Source of the DNA: Verrucomicrobiota bacterium
GTDB taxonomy: Bacteria; Verrucomicrobiota; Verrucomicrobiia; Chthoniobacterales; UBA6821
Reading direction: 5' to 3'
DNA: 8,458 nt
Assembly: GCA_008932965.1 (NCBI GenBank)
Contig: WBXG01000067.1
Coordinates: forward strand, 1 to 8,458
Positions 1 to 6,996 of this stretch are shown here, piece after piece. The notes under the pieces were generated by a model. The model ran no database searches, was not told where the DNA came from, and saw only the letters and a list, made by a program, of their open reading frames with translations. The position numbers and the translations under genes were made by a program. Numbering within the stretch: position 1 is the first letter of the stretch; every line of letters begins with the position of its first letter.

Positions 1-2808
1 AATTTGAACATAAATATTATTAGCGATTCCGAGTATTTTTAAGGTAGCAACAGTTCCAAGCAAGGCGAGAGGAACAGCTAGAATGACTGCAAAGGGTGTG
101 ATCCAACTTTCATATTGACCCGCAAGAACAAAGTAGACGAGTAACAGACCGAGGCCGAAAACAAAATAGATAGAATTTTTTGCTAGTTTCTCTTGATAAG
201 AAATCGAGGTCCAAGAGGTACTTATTCCTGAAGGAAGAAGACTATCTGAAATTTCCTCTAAATTCTCGAGTGCCTCTCCAGAACTAAAACCACGAGCTGC
301 TTGTCCAATGATTGCTGCTGAAGGGTAAAGATTATAAAGCGAAATAATAGCAGGACCCTCTGATGTCTCAGATTTTACTAATGATGCCATCGGGACCATT
401 GCATTGTTACTTCCTCGAGCATAGAGATAGCGAAGTTTATCAGGACCGGTACGAAAAGAAGTATCAGCTTGAGCAAAAACATTAAAAGAAAATCCATAGA
501 GATTAAATTGATTGATATAGGTCGAACCAAGATATGTTTGTAATGTATGTAAAACATCACTGATGGTGACTCCGTATGTTTCAGCCTCCCTTCGATCAAT
601 CGTTAACTTTACTTGAGGAACTTTACAGCGAAAAGAAGTGAGTGCTGCCTCAAAAACAGGAGTTGCTGAAGTCTTGCGAAGAATTTGATCAACCGTGCTC
701 TGCAATAAAGGATAGTGAAAAGTCCCATTCGTTAAATTCACTTGCATTTGAAATCCCCCTGCAAGTCCAAGCCCTTGAATCGGTGGTGGGATAAGTACAA
801 TAGAGACCGCATCTTTATCATTTTTGACGATTTTATTAATATCTTGGTAAACATCGATTAGTCCTCCTCGCTTTCCACGATGCCCCCACTCTTTTAAAAT
901 AACGTAAATAATACCAGCATTGGAAAGAGCGGCATTGTTATCAAGTGGAGAGACTCCCCCAATCACAAACATGCTATCGACCACTTCTAATGTGGCAATT
1001 TTTGCTGCAACCCGCTTCATGACGGTTTTCGTCCTTTCTAGTGAAGCTCCATCGGGAAGTTGTTGAGCAATCATTAAATAGCCCTGATCCTCTGTTGGAA
1101 TAAACGCAGAAGGAATTTGAGTCAACCACCAGCACGAAAGAAAAATTAGGATAAAGCCAATAATAGAAACTAGGATGTTCCACTTCACTAAGAAAGTAAT
1201 GAGTCGCTCATAGGATTTTTCTAGTGGAGTGTAGAGAGCATTAAAGCCTCGATAACAAAAATTCTTTTTCTTTGTTGGATCTCTCTGCCTGAGCCATAAG
1301 GCACATTGAGTAGGCTTGAGCGTTGCTGCATTAATGGCACTGATAAAAGCAGTCACTGCAATAACCAATGCAAATTGTCGATACATCTGACCAATAATTC
1401 CTGGCATAAAAGCAGCAGGCAAAAAAACTGACATCAAAACAAGAGTGATTCCAATAATGGGGCCGAAGAGGTTATTCATAGCTGCAATGGCAGCATCATG
1501 CGGCTTCTTTCCTTGTTCGATATGTTGCATGGCCCCTTCAACAACGACAATCGCATCATCCACTACAATTCCGATTGCTAAAACAATGGCAAAAAGAGTT
1601 AGCGTGTTAATAGAAAATCCGAGTAAAGCCATTCCTGCAAAAGCTCCGATGATAGTCACAGGAACCGTCGTTGCTGGAACCAGTGCTGCCCGTATATCTT
1701 GTAAAAAAATGATGATCACAAGAAGCACTAATAGTCCTGCCTCTATTAAAGTCTTATAGACTTCATTCACAGATTCATTAACAAAAAGAGTCGTGTCAAA
1801 AGGAATACAATATTCCATGCCAGGGGGGAATCTTTTGGAAAGGCGCTCCATTTTTTCTTTCACTGCTTGTGCTGTCGTCAAGGCATTAGATCCAGGAAGT
1901 TGAAAAATAGCGATACCTGCCGCTGTCTTTCCATTGAATTCAAAAAATTGATTGTATGTTTGTGAGCCTAGCTCCACACGAGCTACATCCTTAATTCGAG
2001 TGATCTGGCCACCGTGAGCTGTGTCAGATTTGACAATAATCTCTTCGAATTCTTCGGGCTTATTAAGCGGTGCATTAGAGGTAATGGTATATTGAAATTC
2101 TTGCCCTTGAGGTGCTGGAGGTGCACCAAATTGGCTAGCTGCAAGCTCTTGATTTTGATTTTGAATAGCAGTAATGACATCAGATGGAATTAAGGAACGT
2201 TGCTGCATTTGATGAGGATCAAGCCAAATGCGCATGGAATATTGTCCAAGACCAAAAATAACAATATTGCCAACGCCAGGAACACGTGTTAGTTCATTTT
2301 GCAAATTGATAATAGCATAGTTATTGAGAAAGAGAGCGTCATAAAGCTTGTTAGGTGAGGTCAAGGCAATGACTTGAAGAAAAGCAGTGGATGTCTTTTT
2401 TGTAACGACTCCTTGGTTTTGAACGGACTCAGGAAGTTGTGCTAATGCTGCACTGACTCTATTTTCTACGAGAATCTGAGCCATATTAGGATCAGTCCCA
2501 ATTTTAAAGGTGACCGTAAGTGTGTAGTTTCCAGTGCTTGAGGAACTCGAAGACATGTAGAGCATCCCATCAACTCCATTAACTTGTTGCTCAATAGGCA
2601 GAGCCACTTTTTTAACCATAGTCTGCGCCGTAGCACCTGGATAGCTAGCGGTTACTTGAACAGTCGGTGGTGTTATCGGTGGATATTGAGTCACTGGAAG
2701 GGTGGCAAGTGCGACCCCTCCTAACACCATAATAAAAACCGCAATCACATTTGAGAGCACCGGCCTCTCAATAAAGAAGGTTGAAAGCGACGCAGGTGAA
2801 AAATTCAA
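1..2808 (-). CDS. RND efflux permease, HAE1 (AcrB/MexB-like) type. Partial: about 936 N-terminal codons, with the C-terminus beyond the left window edge.
   Basis: The gene is not in the ORF track because it has no stop in the window. Minus-frame codons coincide with + strand triplets counted from position 1. I split every line from 1 to 2826 into triplets and found no tta, cta or tca, so there is no in-frame stop. Hand translation reads ...STFFIERPVLSNVIAVFIMVLGGVALATLPVTQYPPITPPTVQVTASYPGATAQTM..., ...TLFAIVLAIGIVVDDAIVVVEGAMQHIE... (TM4 Asp-Asp pair at 1555-1560) and ...LLLVYFVLAGQYESWITPFAVILAVPLALLG... These are AcrB-family hallmarks along the whole length. TTG at 2808-2806 is the only ATG/GTG/TTG between the upstream in-frame TAG (2829-2827) and the conserved FFIERP motif. 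Confidence 0.9.
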   Translation of the reverse strand, partial: MNFSPASLSTFFIERPVLSNVIAVFIMVLGGVALATLPVTQYPPITPPTVQVTASYPGATAQTMVKKVALPIEQQVNGVDGMLYMSSSSSSTGNYTLTVTFKIGTDPNMAQILVENRVSAALAQLPESVQNQGVVTKKTSTAFLQVIALTSPNKLYDALFLNNYAIINLQNELTRVPGVGNIVIFGLGQYSMRIWLDPHQMQQRSLIPSDVITAIQNQNQELAASQFGAPPAPQGQEFQYTITSNAPLNKPEEFEEIIVKSDTAHGGQITRIKDVARVELGSQTYNQFFEFNGKTAAGIAIFQLPGSNALTTAQAVKEKMERLSKRFPPGMEYCIPFDTTLFVNESVNEVYKTLIEAGLLVLLVIIIFLQDIRAALVPATTVPVTIIGAFAGMALLGFSINTLTLFAIVLAIGIVVDDAIVVVEGAMQHIEQGKKPHDAAIAAMNNLFGPIIGITLVLMSVFLPAAFMPGIIGQMYRQFALVIAVTAFISAINAATLKPTQCALWLRQRDPTKKKNFCYRGFNALYTPLEKSYERLITFLVKWNILVSIIGFILIFLSCWWLTQIPSAFIPTEDQGYLMIAQQLPDGASLERTKTVMKRVAAKIATLEVVDSMFVIGGVSPLDNNAALSNAGIIYVILKEWGHRGKRGGLIDVYQDINKIVKNDKDAVSIVLIPPPIQGLGLAGGFQMQVNLTNGTFHYPLLQSTVDQILRKTSATPVFEAALTSFRCKVPQVKLTIDRREAETYGVTISDVLHTLQTYLGSTYINQFNLYGFSFNVFAQADTSFRTGPDKLRYLYARGSNNAMVPMASLVKSETSEGPAIISLYNLYPSAAIIGQAARGFSSGEALENLEEISDSLLPSGISTSWTSISYQEKLAKNSIYFVFGLGLLLVYFVLAGQYESWITPFAVILAVPLALLGTVATLKILGIANNIYVQI

Positions 2809-2826
2809 AGCGAAGAAATGGTATCC

Positions 2827-3960
2827 CTACGAATCTTTTCTACTACTAAGCTCCACAGACAAGTCCAATGCCCCTCCTGGAGCAAGCTCTTGAGAGTATT
2901 TCCCCACATTTCCAGATTCAACACAGAGCATTTTTTTGTAATCCTCGGGAGCAAAGTCAGGAATCGATTTTGCATTTTCTGTCCAAGGATTCCAAACAAC
3001 CGTGGATCGAGAACCCTGTTTTTCAATACGGATGATTCTTTTTTTTAACGGATCATGAATCTCAATTGGTTCTGTTGAGTTCAAATAGATACGGTTTGTT
3101 TCTTGAGTGATCGGCATTGCATCTGAAAGCTCTAATTTTGAAACAAGATTTTCCGTTTTATCTAAATAGTGAAGGTCTTTAAGTCCATGAATAGTTACCT
3201 TCTCTACATCCTCCACGAGAAAGTAGGAGTGAAAGCACTCTTCATAAAAAAAAGACTCCGTGTTCGTAGGAGGATTAGTAACCTGGAGCTGTAAAGATAA
3301 TGTCTCTCCCACAACAACTCGGTAAATCGTACTCACTGGTAACCAGCCAGCAGCCTTCATCAACTCTTGTGGTAGATGAAATTCCATCATTATAGAACCT
3401 TGAGAAGTAACTTCGACAAGCTTTAACCCGGATATTTCAGACTGATCGTGACTAGGAGGCTGCGAAGGTTGATGGGGCAACGCAGGCGAGCATTTTGATG
3501 TTGGGCTGTATGAGTCCCTACCGCCCAAGTCAAAATGGGATTCCAACGCAACATCCATCTGACTTCCCGGTTTGCGTAGGTGATCGAGATGAAGTATCCG
3601 TGTTAAGTCCCAGGGGTGAAGCCGTGCAAAGCCATGGGAGAGAGCCTCCCCATCACGCTTTCCGAACCAAGGAAAACACAGCGGAATCCCTCCATGGAGC
3701 ATGGTGCCTCGAGCCATCCGCCCAGAGGAGCTCATAAAGAGCATCGGATCCTCCCCCTTTTTTTGAAAAGCAGTGACATGAGCTCCCTGCAAGTAAACTT
3801 CTGCAGTACTGAATTCCGTGGTGATATTGATTTTGTCCAATCCATCATCATCTTGAGAAAAAACAACCGAGCCTGGTATTTCAAATTTTTTCCAATGATC
3901 TAAAAACGAAGAGTTACGCATAGAACAATCATTAAACCAGAGAAAGGGAAGCAATCTCAA
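2827..3960 (-). CDS. Aldose 1-epimerase superfamily protein, YeaD-like putative glucose-6-phosphate 1-epimerase / hexose-6-phosphate mutarotase, with an internal low-complexity insertion.
   Basis: This is the track ORF of 377 aa. Family motifs appear in canonical order: GGIPLCFPWFG, HGFARLHPW, EECFHSYF, NRIYLN, TVVWNPW, MLCVESG. Coordinates give the maximal ORF, which starts at TTG 3960 directly after an in-frame TGA. ATG at 3921 (MRNSSFLDHWKKFEIPG...) is an equally plausible start. The stop is TAG at 2829-2827. Confidence 0.8.
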   Translation of the reverse strand: MRLLPFLWFNDCSMRNSSFLDHWKKFEIPGSVVFSQDDDGLDKINITTEFSTAEVYLQGAHVTAFQKKGEDPMLFMSSSGRMARGTMLHGGIPLCFPWFGKRDGEALSHGFARLHPWDLTRILHLDHLRKPGSQMDVALESHFDLGGRDSYSPTSKCSPALPHQPSQPPSHDQSEISGLKLVEVTSQGSIMMEFHLPQELMKAAGWLPVSTIYRVVVGETLSLQLQVTNPPTNTESFFYEECFHSYFLVEDVEKVTIHGLKDLHYLDKTENLVSKLELSDAMPITQETNRIYLNSTEPIEIHDPLKKRIIRIEKQGSRSTVVWNPWTENAKSIPDFAPEDYKKMLCVESGNVGKYSQELAPGGALDLSVELSSRKDS

Positions 3961-3966
3961 TCAATT

Positions 3967-6093
3967 TTATTTTGAGAATGATTCAATGAGTTGAGATTCT
4001 CTGAGCAATTCCGGAAAAGTGATTGGCTCAGAATATTGACCCGGCATACTTGCAGGATAGAAGAGATAAAAAGGGACCCCTACTCTGCCGAAGGTTTGAA
4101 GGGCTTGAGTGATTTCAGGATTAGAACTCGTCCAGTCAGCCTTCATGGCAACAATGTGATGTTCTTGAAGCAACGCTCTCACCCCCTTTGTATTAATCGC
4201 ACTGCGTTCATTGAACTGACATGTTAGACACCAGGCTGCAGTAAAATCGACAAAAACAGCTTTCCCCTCTTTTCTTAATTGTTTCAAAAGAGCAGCAGAG
4301 TAAGGAACCCAGTCGATCTCATCCTGGGAGGAAGAACTCCCTTTTTTACTTAAAGTAACAGTTTCAGAGAAAACTTCAGGAGTCTTCATTATGGTTGGAA
4401 TCAAATTCCAAAAGGCCATCAGAGCAATCACCCAACTCAAGAGGAGTGTGATAAATCGTATTTTTTTGGATGATTGGGCAAAGGCACCAAAAATCCATGC
4501 ACTCAAACCGAGTAAGAAAAGCAGTATTAGAAGAGCCATCATTCCTCCTATCCCTTGTTGAACTCCGATGACCGAGAGTAACCAGAGATTCGTAGCAAGA
4601 AGAGGAAACCCCATGAGCACCTTCATTCTTTCCATCCAGCTCCCTGGACGTGGAAGCCATTTCATCCAACCAGGCTGAGCCGAAAGTAATAAGTAAGGGA
4701 GAGCCATTCCTGTAGCGATTGCAGCAAACATCATCATAATAATGATTCCAGTTTGAGCAAAAGCGAAGCCAAGGGCGCTTCCTAAAAAAGGAGCGGTGCA
4801 TGGTGTTGCAAGCAGTGTTGCAAAAAGCCCTTGAAAAAAAGAACCTGCATAACCGCTTCGTGATGCAAGCGAATCAAGAGAGGAACCTGTTTTTTGGGAA
4901 AGAGTGATTTCAAAAACACCAAATAAATTGAGAGCAAAGAGAAACACAAGCACACTGAGCACAAGGAGAAATCCCGGATTCTGAAATTGAAATGCCCATG
5001 TTACCGGCATTCCAGAGGCTTTCAAAACAGCAATCAAGGCACCAAGTGATAAAAACCAAAGATAAATTCCAGCAACAAAAGCGAATCCATGACGTAGTAT
5101 GCTAGAACGGGATGAACCTGCTTGATTGATAAAACCGAAGATTTTTAATGAAATCACCGGCAAGACACAAGGCATCAAATTGAGAATCAATCCCCCGAGT
5201 AGTCCCGAGGCAAGAGCAACAATCAATGTCCAGAAATTCACAACAATCGGAGTTCTTGAAGGAAGAAAATTTTGAGAAGTGGCTGGCAAAAACCATCCTT
5301 GACGTATTCCCTGAATATTTTTTTGAACAAGCAATCCATGAAAAGGACTCTTACCCTCCCATGGAATGGTCATGTGAATATCACCCCCACGTAGTGTGGT
5401 GATGACATGTCCAGCTGAGGCTTCCACTTCAGGAAGTGGAAAAAACTCATAGCTACTCCCCTCCTCTCTCTTAAAGGAAAGACTAAAACTTTTTGGCTCA
5501 TGGAGAATAGTAATAGCAAAGGGGGGTGCACCGGGAGAGGGCCAAAGAGCAGGAGCTATAGCGGCCTGAGCTTCATGCTGCTCTTGGAGTGTCACAGGAA
5601 CACTCAAGGATAAAGTGCTTTTTCCAGGAACACAAAGATTGCTGCACGCTAACCAGGAGAGCGAAGCCCCAATGACCCATGATTTTTTTTCATCCAGAAC
5701 ATGAGAAGGAGTTATTTGAGCTCGTATCCATGCCACCCTCTCATAGCCATAAACAGTCATCGCACCAGGCTCAGAAAATTGTTCCGGCAAAGAAAACTCT
5801 AACTCACTGGCACTCCATCCCTCAGGGAGACTCCATTCTACCTTGGGTGGAAATCCTGCATCTCCCGGATAGTACCAATAAAGATGCCACCCAGGTGCTA
5901 TCTCAAAGAGCAGATCAACTTCAAATGAATCTCCTCCTTGAATTTTATCTACATGAGAAAACAAATGCGGTGTTACTTCTTTATTCAGCTGGTTGGTCTC
6001 AGAAGGTCGAATCTCCTGAGCAAAACCCTGCTCAAGAAGAAAGAATCCTAATAAAACAAGAAATAAGAATTGAGTTGGGAATGATTTTTTCAT
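3967..6093 (-). CDS. dsbD: DsbD-family protein-disulfide reductase (thiol:disulfide interchange protein). It has an enlarged ScsB-like N-terminal domain, a CcdA/DsbD transmembrane core and a C-terminal thioredoxin domain.
   Basis: The track ORF is 3967..6159 (730 aa, TTG start). I place the start at ATG 6093 (M23) because MKKSFPTQFLFLVLLGFFLLEQGFAQE is a classical signal peptide. TTG 6159 and ATG 6129 remain possible. The periplasmic domain carries WLACSNLCVPG, with Cys codons at 5646-5644 and 5634-5632. The membrane core has the two conserved Cys motifs LMPCVLPV and ATPCTAPFLGSALG. The C-terminal thioredoxin motif is FTAAWCLTCQ, with the CxxC at 4230-4219. The stop is TAA at 3969-3967. Confidence 0.9.
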   Translation of the reverse strand: MKKSFPTQFLFLVLLGFFLLEQGFAQEIRPSETNQLNKEVTPHLFSHVDKIQGGDSFEVDLLFEIAPGWHLYWYYPGDAGFPPKVEWSLPEGWSASELEFSLPEQFSEPGAMTVYGYERVAWIRAQITPSHVLDEKKSWVIGASLSWLACSNLCVPGKSTLSLSVPVTLQEQHEAQAAIAPALWPSPGAPPFAITILHEPKSFSLSFKREEGSSYEFFPLPEVEASAGHVITTLRGGDIHMTIPWEGKSPFHGLLVQKNIQGIRQGWFLPATSQNFLPSRTPIVVNFWTLIVALASGLLGGLILNLMPCVLPVISLKIFGFINQAGSSRSSILRHGFAFVAGIYLWFLSLGALIAVLKASGMPVTWAFQFQNPGFLLVLSVLVFLFALNLFGVFEITLSQKTGSSLDSLASRSGYAGSFFQGLFATLLATPCTAPFLGSALGFAFAQTGIIIMMMFAAIATGMALPYLLLSAQPGWMKWLPRPGSWMERMKVLMGFPLLATNLWLLSVIGVQQGIGGMMALLILLFLLGLSAWIFGAFAQSSKKIRFITLLLSWVIALMAFWNLIPTIMKTPEVFSETVTLSKKGSSSSQDEIDWVPYSAALLKQLRKEGKAVFVDFTAAWCLTCQFNERSAINTKGVRALLQEHHIVAMKADWTSSNPEITQALQTFGRVGVPFYLFYPASMPGQYSEPITFPELLRESQLIESFSK

Positions 6094-6158
6094 CTGTAAG
6101 AAGGTAGTATAACAACTTTTTATTTGCATCAATGGTAATAGAGAAATAGTTTCATTCA
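6094..6158. promoter_or_regulatory. AT-rich divergent intergenic region between the dsbD-like gene (-) and the small membrane protein gene (+). It is the presumed location of divergent promoters.
   Basis: This is the only non-coding gap available for both divergent blocks if dsbD starts at 6093. On the minus strand there is TTGATG (6132-6127), then 15 nt, then an extended -10-like TGTTATACT (6114-6106). That placement would leave only a very short leader before ATG 6093. On the plus strand there is TTGCAT (6124-6129), then 17 nt, then TAGTTT (6147-6152), only 6 nt before ATG 6159. Both assignments are weak motif matches by eye. Confidence 0.3.
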
Positions 6159-6530
6159 ATGCCGCTACTTACTCTCATCTTTGCACTTCTACTTAATGTT
6201 GTCGGTCTTCTAGGGTTTTTCGGAACCGGAGCAACCCATTACACAGCACTCATCCCTTGTGCTCTTGGATTGCTGCTACTTGTTTGCGGTATAGCTGCCC
6301 AAAAAGAACATCTCCATCGCCATGCCATGCATAGTGCTGTGTTAGTTTCTTTAATTGGAATACTAGGAACAGTTTCTGCCTTTACGAAAATCCCCCTCCT
6401 CCTTGATCATGCTGCAGGTGATAAAGCTCCTGCTTACCTTGCTAAGATTGCTACTGCTTTGCTTTGCGGACTCTTTTTTCTTCTCTGCCTTCGCTCTTTT
6501 ATAAAAGCAAGAATTACAAAAAAACAGTGA
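6159..6530 (+). CDS. Small integral membrane protein of 123 aa with about 4 predicted TM helices; function unknown.
   Basis: This is a track ORF with an ATG start and a TGA stop. It has four hydrophobic stretches separated by short polar loops. There is a His-rich loop KEHLHRHAMH (6309-6332) and a basic C-terminal tail RSFIKARITKKQ. It resembles a widespread type of uncharacterised ~120-aa membrane protein that I cannot name. It is divergent from the dsbD-like gene. Confidence 0.7.
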   Translation: MPLLTLIFALLLNVVGLLGFFGTGATHYTALIPCALGLLLLVCGIAAQKEHLHRHAMHSAVLVSLIGILGTVSAFTKIPLLLDHAAGDKAPAYLAKIATALLCGLFFLLCLRSFIKARITKKQ

Positions 6531-6534
6531 TGCC

Positions 6535-6708
6535 ATGTTCTCTAAAATAGGTGGAAGTTCAAGTGATGTACAACGCGTCGCATCAGATCCTGTAACAGCA
6601 GGGAGTGCTAAACAAAATTCCTGGAATGGTACTGGGTTTCTTTCGGGAATCGGTCGTTTTTTTACTTGCCGTTTTAGAACTCAGTGGGAAGAAACTGCTA
6701 ATGGTTAA
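6535..6708 (+). CDS. Hypothetical small protein of 57 aa. It falls below the ORF-track size cutoff and is one alternative gene model for this interval.
   Basis: ATG 6535 lies 4 nt after the upstream TGA. Hand translation gives MFSKIGGSSSDVQRVASDPVTAGSAKQNSWNGTGFLSGIGRFFTCRFRTQWEETANG, with stop TAA at 6706-6708. Third codon positions are mostly A/T (about three quarters by my count) and first positions are purine-rich, which looks coding. It competes with the 5' part of the 6605..6916 ORF. I recognise no homology. Confidence 0.35.
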   Translation: MFSKIGGSSSDVQRVASDPVTAGSAKQNSWNGTGFLSGIGRFFTCRFRTQWEETANG

Positions 6709-6916
6709 GGGTAAATACGTAAACGATATTAAAGGCAACTTTCAAGTTAGCTATGCACAAAATAATGGATTAAGTGTTCTCGCCCGTTATGAAATTTCAA
6801 TAGATCTAAAAGATGGTATCGTAAAGAGTTTATTGCCCCATACGCTTCTTGCAGGTGTAAGTGCACAAATATTAGATAATATCATCGAAGGGGCAAAAGA
6901 GGAATTTGGTCTCTAA
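6605..6916 (+). CDS. Hypothetical small protein. The stop is firm but the start is unresolved among GTG 6605, ATG 6626 and ATG 6701.
   Basis: This is the track ORF (103 aa from GTG 6605). The portion from ATG 6701 (MVKGKYVNDIKGNFQVSYAQNNGLSVLARYEISIDLKDGIVKSLLPHTLLAGVSAQILDNIIEGAKEEFGL, 71 aa) looks coding. A purine-rich tgggaaga lies about 9-16 nt upstream of that ATG. ATG 6701 overlaps the stop of the 6535..6708 ORF within ATGGTTAA. I recognise no family. Confidence 0.55.
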   Translation: MLNKIPGMVLGFFRESVVFLLAVLELSGKKLLMVKGKYVNDIKGNFQVSYAQNNGLSVLARYEISIDLKDGIVKSLLPHTLLAGVSAQILDNIIEGAKEEFGL

Positions 6917-6996
6917 TATGTTTATAACACTCATGGACTCTTCCCTTATTGATCTGCTAATCTATCCCCTCTCAACAATGCAGAGTGGTCCCTATC

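Noticed and set aside
378-2180. Track ORFs 378-599(-), 974-1183(-), 1445-1759(+) and 1983-2180(-) as independent genes.
   Set aside because: All lie wholly inside the RND coding region, in other frames or antisense. Their low-complexity or hydrophobic translations are typical of shadow ORFs, and I recognise no motifs in them.
1-2800. The absence of any long ORF in the supplied track suggested a decayed pseudogene or a reassigned genetic code in this 2.8-kb stretch.
   Set aside because: Triplet-by-triplet inspection shows one minus-strand frame with no stop at all, encoding a full-length-quality AcrB-like sequence. The track simply omits ORFs that lack a stop inside the window. Neighbouring genes read normally in the standard code.
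3039-3046. Homopolymer runs of 8 (T8 at 3039-3046 in the epimerase-like gene, T8 at 5683-5690 in the dsbD-like gene) as possible phase-variation switches.
   Set aside because: Both encode in-frame Lys-Lys(-Lys/Arg) stretches in intact ORFs. Such runs are common in AT-leaning genomes, and nothing in the sequence suggests slippage there. The T7 at 6657-6663 differs because two frames are open around it.
2702-3048. Track ORFs 2702-2893(+), 2805-3026(-) and 2818-3048(+) around the epimerase/RND junction.
   Set aside because: They overlap the well-supported C-terminus of the mutarotase-like gene and the N-terminus of the RND gene. Their translations have no family features.
3495-3903. Plus-strand ORFs 3495-3737 and 3616-3903, antisense to the epimerase-like gene.
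   Set aside because: They fall in the GC-richer core encoding the conserved GGIPLCFPWFG and HGFAR motifs on the other strand. Open antisense frames are expected in such a region, and the peptides look Pro/Arg/Ser-rich and non-genic.
3991-6107. ORFs inside the dsbD-like gene: 3991-4227(+), 4376-4801(-), 4782-4964(-), 5102-5296(-) and 5679-6107(+, 142 aa).
   Set aside because: All are nested in or antisense to a gene with strong end-to-end family motifs. The 142-aa antisense ORF is long but has no recognisable features, and its frame is the complement-shadow of the real one.
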